A stretch of DNA of 64,000 bases, taken from Candidatus Eiseniibacteriota bacterium. Lineage in GTDB: Bacteria > Eisenbacteria > RBG-16-71-46. The translations under genes were made by a program, and so were the position numbers. How positions within the stretch are numbered: position 1 is the stretch's first letter; the number at the start of each line of letters is the position of its first letter. The DNA is taken from contig JADLBL010000020.1 in the NCBI GenBank assembly GCA_020847735.1, positions 69,632 to 133,631 on the forward strand, in the 5' to 3' direction. The notes beneath the pieces are model-generated. The model saw only the letters and a list, made by a program, of their open reading frames with translations. It did no database searches and was not told where the DNA came from. This document shows, in pieces, positions 1 through 8,785 of this stretch.

Positions 1-1
1 G

Positions 2-388
2 GTCCACGTGGCGATCGGCACGGACACCATCCACCACCATCCGCGGTGCGATGGCGCGGCGCTGGGCGAAACGACCCTGCGCGACTTCCGGATCTTCGCC
101 GCGACGCTGGCGGAGGCGCGGGGCGCCGTGGTGTTCAACTTCGGCTCGGCGGTGCTCATGCCGGAGGTGTTCCTCAAGGCGCTGTCCGTCGCCCGGAACC
201 TGGGCGCGGACCTGGCCGGGCTGACGACCGCCAACTTCGACCAGATCCAGCACTACCGGCCGCGCGTGAACGTCGTGGAGCGTCCCACCCGGGGCGCCGA
301 GGGCGGGAAGGGTTACTCGCTCACGGGCCACCACGAGATCCTCCTGCCACTGTTCACGGCGGCCGTCCTGGCCCGGCTCGGGGACTGA
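2..388 (+). CDS. C-terminal fragment of a conserved hypothetical protein (gene begins upstream of the window)
   Basis: Open frame running in from the window edge to a stop at 388. Codon usage is typical of this GC-rich genome. Motif GTDTIHHHP is present, but no confident family assignment is possible from sequence alone. Confidence 0.4.
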   Translation, partial: VHVAIGTDTIHHHPRCDGAALGETTLRDFRIFAATLAEARGAVVFNFGSAVLMPEVFLKALSVARNLGADLAGLTTANFDQIQHYRPRVNVVERPTRGAEGGKGYSLTGHHEILLPLFTAAVLARLGD

Positions 389-446
389 GGCTCCGGCACA
401 GCGATTGCGTTTCCTTCCAATCGCTCGACCCGAGCGGCCGGGACCG

Positions 447-476
447 TTGACAGTCGCAAAACCCGACACCTATACT
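447..476 (+). promoter_or_regulatory. Sigma-70-like promoter (TTGACA-18nt-TATACT) for the export operon, preceded by a 7-bp inverted repeat GCGATTG..CAATCGC at 401-424
   Basis: TTGACA at 447-452, an 18-nt spacer, then TATACT at 471-476. This is the only near-consensus -35/-10 pair in the 270 nt gap upstream of the Wza-like gene. The inverted repeat just upstream is a candidate operator or an upstream-gene terminator. Confidence 0.5.
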
Positions 477-656
477 TCATGCCCTGAAGTCGCTGACACT
501 TACGGCGACGAGCCGGTCGCAGGTGGAGGAACGACCCAGACGCGTCTTGCTACTGCTTCGGGAGGGGTCCTGTGTCTTTTGACCCCGCCGTCGTTCTAGC
601 CGGGTTCGATCGAAAGGAACCCGAGCGCGTCCGGAAACCTGCGCGCCATCCCCCAG

Positions 657-1478
657 ATGGCGAGCCAGACGGCACGTGCTCGCGCTCCGGTTCGAACCCA
701 ACCTGGACCGGGAGAACTCGTGAATCGCCACGCCGCCCTGTTTGCCTGCAAGCTCGTGCTCGTCGGAATCCTCGCGCTCGCCGCGGGGCGGCCCGCACTG
801 GCCCAGCAGGTGGAAGCCGATTCGCTCGCGATGGACTGGAGTCGCGTCCCCGAGTACCGGATCGTGCCCGGCGACAAGCTGGTGCTCGACCTGGGGCCAC
901 GCGCCGACGCTCCCATCAACAATCGGATCGAGCAGGTCGTGCGGCCGGACGGCCGGATCACCGTCTACCCGATCGGGGACGTGGTCGCGGCCGGGCTCAC
1001 GCCCATGGATCTGCAGCGTTCGGTCACCAGCCTGCTGTCGGCGGACCTGCGCTCGCCACGCGTGACCGTCGAACTCTCCGCGACGACCACCAACCTGGTC
1101 CACGTGCTGGGCCGCGTCACCAGGCCCGGTCCCGTTCCGGCGGGACCGTTCATCACGGTCTCGCAGGCGATCGCCGGCGCCGGCGGCTTTTCCGACGACG
1201 CGGCGCGCAACAGCGTCGTGATCATCCACCGCAACGGCGCGAACTCGGTGCGGGTGGCGCGCCTGCGCATGGACCGCGTTCTGAAGGGCGAGGATCTCGT
1301 GGATCCGCCGCTGTCGCGCTTCGACATCGTCTATGTGCCCCGTTCGTCGGTCGGCAACCTCAGTGTGTTCATGAAGCAGTTCTTCGAACCCCTTGCCCCG
1401 ATCATGGACACCGCGATGAAGGGCTGGGAACTGTTCAATCTCGACCGCGTGTACGTCACGCGGGTCGTCCGGGACTGA
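657..1478 (+). CDS. Outer-membrane polysaccharide export protein, Wza/Poly_export + SLBB family
   Basis: Poly_export signature YRIVPGDKLVLDL...GRITVYPIGDVVAAGLTPMDLQRSV..L, with a signal-like N-terminus (VLVGILALAAGRPALAQQ). An alternative in-frame GTG start at 720 is possible. Confidence 0.85.
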   Translation: MASQTARARAPVRTQPGPGELVNRHAALFACKLVLVGILALAAGRPALAQQVEADSLAMDWSRVPEYRIVPGDKLVLDLGPRADAPINNRIEQVVRPDGRITVYPIGDVVAAGLTPMDLQRSVTSLLSADLRSPRVTVELSATTTNLVHVLGRVTRPGPVPAGPFITVSQAIAGAGGFSDDAARNSVVIIHRNGANSVRVARLRMDRVLKGEDLVDPPLSRFDIVYVPRSSVGNLSVFMKQFFEPLAPIMDTAMKGWELFNLDRVYVTRVVRD

Positions 1479-1491
1479 GAGCGGAGGCGGC

Positions 1492-2865
1492 ATGAGCACG
1501 GTCGAATCCCCCTCGCCCTCCACGGGCCGCCAGGCGTCGCTGCGCGAATTCGTCGCCGTGCTGTTCCGCCGGCGGGCGCTCGTGCTGGGCCTGTTCGCGG
1601 TCGTGACCGTCACCGTGGTCGTGCTCACGCTCACCGCGCCGGTCACCTACACGTCGTCCGGCCGAGTGCTCGTGTACCGCGGCGAACGCACCAGCGCCCT
1701 CAACGCCACCCGCATGTTCTACGGCGAGTGGGAGTCCGAACTGGGCAGCGAGGTCGCGCGCGCCAGGAGCGCCGCGGTCATCGCGCGCACGCGCGAGGTG
1801 CTGGAGCAGCGCGCCCGGCAGACCGGCCGGACTGCGCCGAAGTTCGATCCCCAGGCGGTGGACGTCGAGGTGATGGGACGCAGCGACGTGCTCGGCATCG
1901 CCTACACCGACCGGGATCCGAACGTGGCGCAGGCGCTGTGCGACGCGCTGATCACCGCCTATCTCGAAGTCCGGCAGACGTCGGCCCTCGGTCGGCCCGA
2001 GAGCTTCTTCCAGGCCGAGATGCAGAACCTGCAGGGCGAAATCGCACGACGCATGCGCGAACGGGAGGACATCGGCGAAGCGAGCGGCGTCACGAGCAAC
2101 CTCGAGCAGTCGCGGGCGTGGAGCAACCAGCTCGCGATGATGGAGGCGAAGCGCGCCGACGCCGCCGCCGACCTGGCCGAGGCCAGCACGACGCTCGACG
2201 CCATGCTGCGCCTGCAGCAGGACCCCGACGCGGACGCGTCCTCGTTGTCGCTGGTCTCCGAGAAGCAGACCGCGGTGGACGCGCTCAAGACCCGGATCGT
2301 GGACCAGCAGGGCCGCATCGCGTCGCTGCGCGAGCGGTACCGCGACGACGCGCCCGAGGTCCAGAACGCCGTCTCGACGCTCGCCACCCTGCAGGCGCTG
2401 CTGCGCAAGGAGATCGAGGCCGGCATCGAGGTCGCCCGCCAGCGCATCGGGCTGCAGAAGTCGCGCGTGGACGTCCTCGACCACGACATCGCCGACATCC
2501 GCGCGCGCATGGACATCATCCCGCGCAACCAGCGGCGCACGGACGAACTCGAGGCCGAACTCAAGACCCTGCGCATGCGCTACGACGACTACGCCAAGGC
2601 GCGCGACATGGCGCGGATCAGCTCGAACACGTCGCAGGCGCTCAACGTCGTGCTGCTGAATCCGGCCGCGCCGGCGCACGCCGGCAACACGCGCGACTGG
2701 GTCCGGCTCGCGCTCGCCCCCGCGTTCAGCCTGGTCGTCGGCATCGGCCTGGCGTTCTTCATTGACGGCCTCGACCTCACCGTCCGCACGTCCGCGCAGG
2801 CGGAGGAGTACCTCGAGGCGCCCGTGCTCGCTTCGCTTTCGGAGCGGCGGCGGCGGCGCGGCTAG
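1492..2865 (+). CDS. Polysaccharide co-polymerase / chain-length determinant (Wzz/GumC/EpsE-like, PCP family)
   Basis: N-terminal TM helix, a long coiled-coil-like middle (QLAMMEAKRADAAADLAEASTTLDAMLRLQQ...) and a C-terminal TM helix (ALAPAFSLVVGIGLAFFIDGL). GGAGG RBS 4 nt upstream of the ATG. Confidence 0.8.
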   Translation: MSTVESPSPSTGRQASLREFVAVLFRRRALVLGLFAVVTVTVVVLTLTAPVTYTSSGRVLVYRGERTSALNATRMFYGEWESELGSEVARARSAAVIARTREVLEQRARQTGRTAPKFDPQAVDVEVMGRSDVLGIAYTDRDPNVAQALCDALITAYLEVRQTSALGRPESFFQAEMQNLQGEIARRMREREDIGEASGVTSNLEQSRAWSNQLAMMEAKRADAAADLAEASTTLDAMLRLQQDPDADASSLSLVSEKQTAVDALKTRIVDQQGRIASLRERYRDDAPEVQNAVSTLATLQALLRKEIEAGIEVARQRIGLQKSRVDVLDHDIADIRARMDIIPRNQRRTDELEAELKTLRMRYDDYAKARDMARISSNTSQALNVVLLNPAAPAHAGNTRDWVRLALAPAFSLVVGIGLAFFIDGLDLTVRTSAQAEEYLEAPVLASLSERRRRRG

Positions 2866-2888
2866 TTCACCCGGAGAGACCCTTCGCC

Positions 2889-3683
2889 ATGACCCGCATC
2901 TTCGACGCGCTCAAGAAGGCCGAGGCCTCCCGGCAGGCTCCCGCACACGCGCCGGCGGTCGTGAATCCGCTGCCCGCGGCGGCCCCGCACGTGCAGGGTC
3001 TGCGCGTGCCGTCGCGGGGCCCCGAGGCCCAGCACGCGGCGCTGCCGCTGCTCGGCGGCCTGCCGATGTCCGAGGAGGTCGTGCGCGAGATGATGTCGCT
3101 GCGCGTCACGCTCGACGTGACGCTGCGCGACCGCATGCCCCGCATCGTCATGTTCACCAGCCCGCAGGGCGGCGAGGGAACGAGCACGATCGCGCTGCAG
3201 TTCGCGCAGATCCTCGGCCGGGACTCCGGGCTGCGCCCGCTGCTCGTGGACACGCACGTGCGAAGGCCCGCCTACGAGCCGGATCCGTCGCGCCGCTGCG
3301 CGGTGCTCTCGCCCGGGCTCGTCGAGGATGCGCCGGATCAGGCGGCCGTCCTGGCGCCGAACCTGCTCGTGGTGCCGGTGCCCGAGCCGCAGCGCGCGAA
3401 CGGCATCTACCAGCCCGCGGCGTTGCGGCAGCTTCTCGAGCAGCTCGGCTCGGACTTCGACTGGATCGTGCTGGACGGCCCGCCCGTGCTGGAGTCGCCG
3501 GATGCGTCGGCGATCGGCTCGATCGCCGACGGGGTCGTGCTGGTGGTGCAGGCGGGGCGCTCCAAGCGCCCGGTGCTTTCGCGCGCGGCCGAGTTGCTCC
3601 GCAAGTCCGGCTCGCAGGTGCTCGGCAGCGTCCTCAACCGCCGCGTTCACGAGATCCCGGAGTTCATCTACCGCCGCATCTGA
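2889..3683 (+). CDS. BY-kinase-like P-loop ATPase (CpsD/EpsB/MinD-ParA fold) with degenerate Walker A; putative pseudo-kinase partner of the PCP
   Basis: Walker A-like FTSPQGGEGTST has Thr in place of the invariant Lys. Walker A' LLVDTHVRRP has His replacing the second Asp. Walker B IVLDGPPV is intact. The C-terminus (EIPEFIYRRI) lacks a tyrosine cluster. N-terminus MTRIFDALKKAE is typical of PEP-CTERM-locus Tyr-autokinases. Confidence 0.75.
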   Translation: MTRIFDALKKAEASRQAPAHAPAVVNPLPAAAPHVQGLRVPSRGPEAQHAALPLLGGLPMSEEVVREMMSLRVTLDVTLRDRMPRIVMFTSPQGGEGTSTIALQFAQILGRDSGLRPLLVDTHVRRPAYEPDPSRRCAVLSPGLVEDAPDQAAVLAPNLLVVPVPEPQRANGIYQPAALRQLLEQLGSDFDWIVLDGPPVLESPDASAIGSIADGVVLVVQAGRSKRPVLSRAAELLRKSGSQVLGSVLNRRVHEIPEFIYRRI

Positions 3684-3765
3684 TCCGGACCCTGCGCCCG
3701 AGCCTGCCGCCTTCGTCCGTTGCTTCGGCCGCAATCCGACGCCCCACTGGGAGCCTCGCCCGGGC

Positions 3766-4962
3766 ATGACGGCACCCTCACCGCTTTCCGCGGAGTCCGT
3801 GACGTCGGCGGAGCCGGCGCGGGGTTCGCTCCCCGCCGCCGTCGCCGAGGCGGTCGCCGTCGCTCGAGAATGGGCGTCCGGGAGCCTCGTCGCGCTGCTG
3901 CTGTCGGGCAGCCACGCGACCGGCGAGGCCGTGTGGCTCGAGCTCGACGGGCGCGCCGTCACGCTCTCGGATGTGGACGTTTACGCGGTCCTCGCGCACG
4001 CGCGCGCCTGCCGCGAGGCGGCGGCCCGGTCCCGCGCCGGCCGGCGCGCGGCCGAGCGCAGGCTTCGTGAAGCCGGACTCGCGGCGCCGCTCGAGGTGGG
4101 TTTCCTCACGCCCGAAGGCCTCTCGCGCATGCCCGCGAAGCCCGGCACGATCGAGCTCTCCCGCCACGGGCGCGTCGTCGCCGGCGATCCGGAAACGCTC
4201 GCGCGGGCGCCCCGCTGGACGGCCCGCGACGTTCCGGCCGAGGAGACGCGGCTGCTGCTCGAGAATCGCGCCTTCGAGCTGCTGCTGGCCTGGCCGCTGC
4301 TCGGCTCGGTCGGAGCGCTCGAGCGCGCGCAGGCGCGCCACGGCACGCTCAAGGCCGCGGCCGATCTCGCCGCGGTGCTTTGCCTGCGCGAGGGCGAACT
4401 GCCCGACGGCACCGCGGCACGCATCGCGCGCGCCCGCGAACACCTCGCGGCCAGGCCCGGTCTGCCGCCCGCAGCGCGCGAGGGGCTCGAGAGGCTGTGG
4501 GATTCCAGCCGGCTCTGGCGTTCGGGCGGCGCGACACCGCCGGACGCCGGCGCGGCACGGGAAGAATGGCGCATGGCCGTCTCGGCCTGGTGTGCCGTCT
4601 GGCGGAGCGGACAGGCGGGTGGGAGCGACTCCTGGGAGGACGCGCTTCGGAGCGCCGCCCGTGCTCCGCTGCCGCGCAGATTGCGTCGCTCCCTGCAGGC
4701 CCCGCGCGCGGGCTCCATCGCGGATCGCGTCAGGCTGGGATTGCGCGGCACGCCCCAGCACCGGATCAATGCCGGCGCGGCGGTGCTCCTGCTCGCGGCC
4801 GATGCGACGCCCGCGGCGCCGCGGCTGCCCGGAGCGGCGGCCGCCGCGCTGCGCGGGCTCGGCGTGAGCGCCGCCGGGGAGTGGGAGGACGCGCGCCGCG
4901 ACGTCGTGCGCGCCTGGGACGAGGTCGTCCTCGGCGGCCGGCGCGGAACGGAAGGCGCGTGA
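3766..4962 (+). CDS. Nucleotidyltransferase-fold (pol-beta-like NTase) domain protein, function unknown
   Basis: Motif LLLSGSHATGEAVW...LSDVDVYAVL fits the GS-x9-13-Dh[DE]h NTase signature. The rest is Ala/Arg-rich and alpha-helical. ATG at 3766; the upstream part of the long ORF overlaps the preceding gene in another frame. Stop overlaps the next gene's GTG start (GTGA). Confidence 0.6.
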   Translation: MTAPSPLSAESVTSAEPARGSLPAAVAEAVAVAREWASGSLVALLLSGSHATGEAVWLELDGRAVTLSDVDVYAVLAHARACREAAARSRAGRRAAERRLREAGLAAPLEVGFLTPEGLSRMPAKPGTIELSRHGRVVAGDPETLARAPRWTARDVPAEETRLLLENRAFELLLAWPLLGSVGALERAQARHGTLKAAADLAAVLCLREGELPDGTAARIARAREHLAARPGLPPAAREGLERLWDSSRLWRSGGATPPDAGAAREEWRMAVSAWCAVWRSGQAGGSDSWEDALRSAARAPLPRRLRRSLQAPRAGSIADRVRLGLRGTPQHRINAGAAVLLLAADATPAAPRLPGAAAAALRGLGVSAAGEWEDARRDVVRAWDEVVLGGRRGTEGA

Positions 4963-6107
4963 AGCCCGTGATGGTGATCCTGTTCGTGGACGCGCTGGGC
5001 TGGCGTCTGGCCGGTTCGGTCCCCGGCTTCGCCTCCGCGCTCACGAACCGGCGCGAGCTCGCGACGATCCTGGGATTCAGCTCGGGTGCCCTGCCGACCG
5101 CGTTCTCGGGCCGACTCCCGCGCGAGCACGGACGCTGGCTCATGTACCGCCGCGCCGGGGAGGGCGGCGGCGTGTTCAAGGGTTTCGAGCGCTTCGCCTG
5201 GCTGCCCGGGCGGCTGCGCCGCAGCTGGCGGCTGCGCCGCTGGCTCGCGGGCCGGCTCGGGTCGCGCGCGGTGAAGGGCTACTTCAATCTTTACGAGGTG
5301 CCGCTCGACGAGCTCGCGCGCTTCGACCTCGCCGAGCGCGACGACCTGTTCGCGCCCGGGGGGCTGCCGGTGGACACGCTGTGGGACGAGTTCACGCGCC
5401 GGGGCATCGCCTGGCACGGCTGGAACTGGCGCACGCCCGAGGCGCAGGCGCTGTCCGAGCTGCACGCGCGCCTCGCCGCGGGCCGTGACGACGTGCTGTT
5501 CCTGTACACCGCCGACCTCGACGCGCTGCTGCACCACGAAGGCTCCCGCGGTCCCCGGGTGCACGAACGACTGGGCCGCTACGACGCCGGCATTCGCGAG
5601 CTGGCGCGGACGCCGGCCGGGGCGCGCCCGCGCTGGCTGTATCTGTGTTCGGATCACGGCATGGTGGATGTCACCGAGCGCGTGGACGTGATGGGCGCGC
5701 TGGCGCGGCTGCCGCTGCGGCGCGGGCGCGACTACGACGCGTTCTTCGACTCGACCATGGCCCGCTTCTGGTGGCGCTCGCGCGACGCCCGGCGCCGGGT
5801 GCGCGACGCGCTGGCCGCCGAGCCCCGCGGCCGCTGGCTCGACGCGGACGAGCTGGCCCGTGAGGGCGCCGACTTCGCCGGGCACGAGTACGGCGAGGAC
5901 CTGTTCCTGCTGCGCCCCGGGGCGCTGCTGGTGCCGTCGTTCATGGGCTCGCGCCCGGTCGCCGCGATGCACGGCTACGACCCGGCCCATCCGGACATGA
6001 CCGCCCTGCTGGCCTCCAACCGGACGATCCCGGACGGGGTCCGGCACCTTTCCGACCTGCGGGGCTTCCTGCAGCGCGAACTCGACGCAGCGGAGGCCGC
6101 GGCATGA
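4959..6107 (+). CDS. Alkaline-phosphatase-superfamily protein (type I phosphodiesterase / nucleotide pyrophosphatase-like)
   Basis: N-terminal MVILFVDALGW resembles the metal-binding (I/V)S(I/V)DGLR-type strand. Downstream motifs LYLCSDHGM and AAMHGYDP resemble the AlkP-core His/Asp metal ligands. Soluble, about 380 aa. GTG at 4959 or ATG at 4971. Confidence 0.65.
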   Translation: MKPVMVILFVDALGWRLAGSVPGFASALTNRRELATILGFSSGALPTAFSGRLPREHGRWLMYRRAGEGGGVFKGFERFAWLPGRLRRSWRLRRWLAGRLGSRAVKGYFNLYEVPLDELARFDLAERDDLFAPGGLPVDTLWDEFTRRGIAWHGWNWRTPEAQALSELHARLAAGRDDVLFLYTADLDALLHHEGSRGPRVHERLGRYDAGIRELARTPAGARPRWLYLCSDHGMVDVTERVDVMGALARLPLRRGRDYDAFFDSTMARFWWRSRDARRRVRDALAAEPRGRWLDADELAREGADFAGHEYGEDLFLLRPGALLVPSFMGSRPVAAMHGYDPAHPDMTALLASNRTIPDGVRHLSDLRGFLQRELDAAEAAA

Positions 6108-7690
6108 AGCGCGGCGAGATCGCCGGAAACTTCACCCGCGGCGCCTTCTTTCTCGGGATCGAGAAGGGCGTGGCCATGGCGTCCACGCTCCTCTACACGG
6201 CGCTCATGGCGCGCTGGCTGGGGCCGCACAACTACGGAATGCTCACGGTGGCGTTCTCGATCGTGACGCTCGCGACGGCGTTCACGGGCAACTTCGAGAT
6301 GTTCATGGAACGCTACTCGGCCGAGTACCAGATGCAGAACCGGCTGGGCAGGCTGCGCCGCGCCTTTCTCATCGCGCTCGCCCTCAAGACGGCGCTCGGG
6401 CTGGTGGCGTGCGCGGGCCTGCTCTCGCTGACCGGCTGGCTCGCCGGCTTCTACCGCATCGAGGAACTTCGCCTGCTGGTTCCGCTGCTGACCGTGTTCG
6501 TCGCGACGGACGGCCTGTCCACGACGGGACGGGCCCTGCTCTTCGGGCTCCAGCGCTTCGAATGGGTGAGCGGCCTCTCGCTCATCTTCAACGTCGGCAA
6601 GACGGTTCTGGTCGGCCTGCTGTGGCTGGGAGGGCAGGGTCTGGTCTCGCTCGCGATCGGATTCTCGTCGCTGGCCGCGCTGCAGGCCATCGTGACGTTC
6701 ATCGCCGCGGAGCGCGTGCTGCGCCGCACCTCCGGTCCGCCCGCCGCCCCTGCGCCTCCGGCGGGCCCCGAAGGCGGACTCCTGCGCGCCATGTTCGCAT
6801 ACTGCGTTCCGTTGTACGGCGCGCGGCTCTCGTTCCTGTCGGGCCAGAACCTGGGCAAGCTGGTGCTCGGCAAGCTGCTCGATCCGTCCGCGCTCGGCCT
6901 GTTCACCTTCGCGTTCCAGACCGTCGAACGCTTCGTCGAGCTCGCCCATACCGTGCCGAACTCGCTGCTGCCCTCGCTCACCCAGCTCGTGGCCCACGGC
7001 GACCGCGAGAGACTTCGCTACATCACCGACCAGGCGTTCCGGCTCATCCAGCTGCTCGCCTGCGCGCTGTCGTTCGTGCTGTTCGTGTACGCGCACGAGC
7101 TCGTCCGGATCGTCGGGAGCTCGTCGTTCCTGCCGGCGGTGCCGTACCTTCGCATCCTCGCGCTGGTGCCGATCGCGCGCACGGCGCAGCAACCGCTGAC
7201 CATGCTCTTCCAGGCGATGCGCCGGCCCGGTTACGTGTTCCGGCTGGCGGTGCTCAAGCTTGCCGCCGAGGTCGCCGGCTACTTCCTGCTGCTGGTGCCC
7301 TTCGGCGCCGCCGGGGCCTGCTGGGCCAACCTCGGCGGCGCGGTGGTTTCGTTCGCCGGCGCCCTCGCGCTCGCCGCCGTGCTCGTGCCCGAGGGAGTCG
7401 AGGAGCGGCTCGGCGCGGTGGTGCGGAACCTGCTGCTGCTGACCCCCGGGCTGCTGGCCACGATGTTCGCCGAGCGCGAACTGGGCACGCTGGGGTCGCT
7501 GCCGGTCCGCCTGTTCCTGGTCCTGCCCGCCGTGCTCGGAGTGTTCGCCCTCGGCCTCGTCACCCGGTACGATTTGGACAAACTCGCCCACCTGGCCCTG
7601 CCGGGAACGTGGCTGCCCCGGCTGCGCGACCGCGTCGTCGCCGGGGCGGATCGCCTGGCCCGGGTGTTCGAGAATCGGAGAACCGCATGA
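6104..7690 (+). CDS. Oligosaccharide/polysaccharide flippase (Wzx, MOP superfamily) #1
   Basis: About 12-14 predicted TM helices across 528 aa. N-terminus has the GxxxRGAxxLxxxxxxxxAxxLLYTALMARWLG pattern common to polysaccharide biosynthesis protein (PF01943). ATGA overlap with the upstream gene. Confidence 0.8.
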   Translation: MKRGEIAGNFTRGAFFLGIEKGVAMASTLLYTALMARWLGPHNYGMLTVAFSIVTLATAFTGNFEMFMERYSAEYQMQNRLGRLRRAFLIALALKTALGLVACAGLLSLTGWLAGFYRIEELRLLVPLLTVFVATDGLSTTGRALLFGLQRFEWVSGLSLIFNVGKTVLVGLLWLGGQGLVSLAIGFSSLAALQAIVTFIAAERVLRRTSGPPAAPAPPAGPEGGLLRAMFAYCVPLYGARLSFLSGQNLGKLVLGKLLDPSALGLFTFAFQTVERFVELAHTVPNSLLPSLTQLVAHGDRERLRYITDQAFRLIQLLACALSFVLFVYAHELVRIVGSSSFLPAVPYLRILALVPIARTAQQPLTMLFQAMRRPGYVFRLAVLKLAAEVAGYFLLLVPFGAAGACWANLGGAVVSFAGALALAAVLVPEGVEERLGAVVRNLLLLTPGLLATMFAERELGTLGSLPVRLFLVLPAVLGVFALGLVTRYDLDKLAHLALPGTWLPRLRDRVVAGADRLARVFENRRTA

Positions 7691-8391
7691 GTCCCCCGCG
7701 CGTGCTGGTCATCGTTCCGGCCCACAACGAACAGGAGAGCCTGCCCGCCACGCTCGCCGAGGTGCGGGCGGCCGCTCCCGAACTCGACCTGCTGGTCGTG
7801 GACGACGGCTCGCTCGACGCGACGTCGAAGGTCGCGCGCGAGGCGGGCGTGAACGTCGTGCGGCATCCGGTCAATCTCGGCGTCGGCGCGGCGCTGCAGA
7901 CCGGTTTCCGCTGGGCGGTCGAGCATGGCTACGACATCGGCGTCCAGCTCGACGCCGACGGCCAGCACGATCCGCGCTACCTGCCGGCGCTTCTGGCTCC
8001 CGTTCTCGAGGGCGGGTGCGACGTCTCGATCGGTTCCCGGTTCGTCGCCGCGAGCGGCTATCGTGCGCCGCTCAACCGCCGTGTCGGCATGGTCCTCTTC
8101 CAGGCCGTGGTGAAGCTGGCGATCGGGCGGCGGATCACCGACACCACCTCCGGGTTCCGCGCCTACTCGCGGAGCGTGATGCAGGTCTGCCAGCACGACT
8201 TTCCGAAGGACTTTCCGGACGCGCCGCTGCTGATCGGCCTCGCCCGGCGCGGTTTCCGGCTGGACGAAGTGCCGGTCCGGATGCGCGAGCGGCAGGCGGG
8301 ACGGTCCTTCTACACGCTCGGCAAGCAGCTCTACTACCCGTACAAGAACCTGCTGGCGTCGCTCATGGCGATGATTCGCAGACCCGTCTGA
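7687..8391 (+). CDS. GT2 polyprenyl-phosphate sugar synthase (DPM1/ArnC/GtrB-like)
   Basis: VLVIVPAHNEQESLPATL...LLVVDDGSLDATSKVA...DADGQHDP...TSGFRAY are the characteristic GT-A DxD and QxxRW-region motifs of dolichyl-P-mannose-synthase-like GT2 enzymes. Soluble-sized, 234 aa. Confidence 0.85.
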   Translation: MSPPRVLVIVPAHNEQESLPATLAEVRAAAPELDLLVVDDGSLDATSKVAREAGVNVVRHPVNLGVGAALQTGFRWAVEHGYDIGVQLDADGQHDPRYLPALLAPVLEGGCDVSIGSRFVAASGYRAPLNRRVGMVLFQAVVKLAIGRRITDTTSGFRAYSRSVMQVCQHDFPKDFPDAPLLIGLARRGFRLDEVPVRMRERQAGRSFYTLGKQLYYPYKNLLASLMAMIRRPV

Positions 8392-8398
8392 AGCGGAG

Positions 8399-8785
8399 GT
8401 GTCCGTGCACTTCTTCCTGTCGAAGGCCCAGGTGGTGACGGCGTTCGGTGCCGTGCTGCTGACGCTCTACGTCCTCGATCTCGTGCGGCGTCGCAAGCTG
8501 TCCGAGGAGTACTCGCTGCTGTGGGTGATCGCCAGCCTCGCCATCGCGGTGCTCGGCTTCTCGACGCCGATGCTCGTCTGGATCACGCACGCCCTCGGAG
8601 TTCTCGGCGAAGCGTCCACCGTGTTCGCCTTCGGGCTCGCGTTCGCCGTGGCGATGCTGCTGTACCTCTCGCTCAAGCTCTCACGGCTCGGTTTCGAGAA
8701 TCACGCGCTGACGCGCGAGCTGGCGCTGTTGCGTCACGATCTCGAGGAGCTGCAACGGGGCCGCGCCGGAGAGCAGCGGCGGTGA
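8399..8785 (+). CDS. Small integral membrane protein, DUF2304-like (frequent partner of DPM1-like GT2)
   Basis: 128 aa with three or four hydrophobic helices and an RRRKL motif after the first helix. Lies between a GT2 and a UPF0104 gene, as in the conserved three-gene cassette. GTG start. Confidence 0.6.
   Translation: MSVHFFLSKAQVVTAFGAVLLTLYVLDLVRRRKLSEEYSLLWVIASLAIAVLGFSTPMLVWITHALGVLGEASTVFAFGLAFAVAMLLYLSLKLSRLGFENHALTRELALLRHDLEELQRGRAGEQRR

Noticed and set aside
477-2679. Long minus-strand ORFs (477-1646, 1456-2679) antisense to the Wza and PCP genes
   Set aside because: Arg/Gly/Asp/His-rich low-complexity translations typical of off-frame reading of GC-rich coding DNA. They lie opposite genes with clear family motifs.
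3981-7591. 688-aa and 538-aa minus-strand ORFs (3981-6047, 5975-7591)
   Set aside because: Antisense to the NTase, phosphodiesterase and flippase genes. The translation is Arg/Ala/Pro-rich with no domain features.
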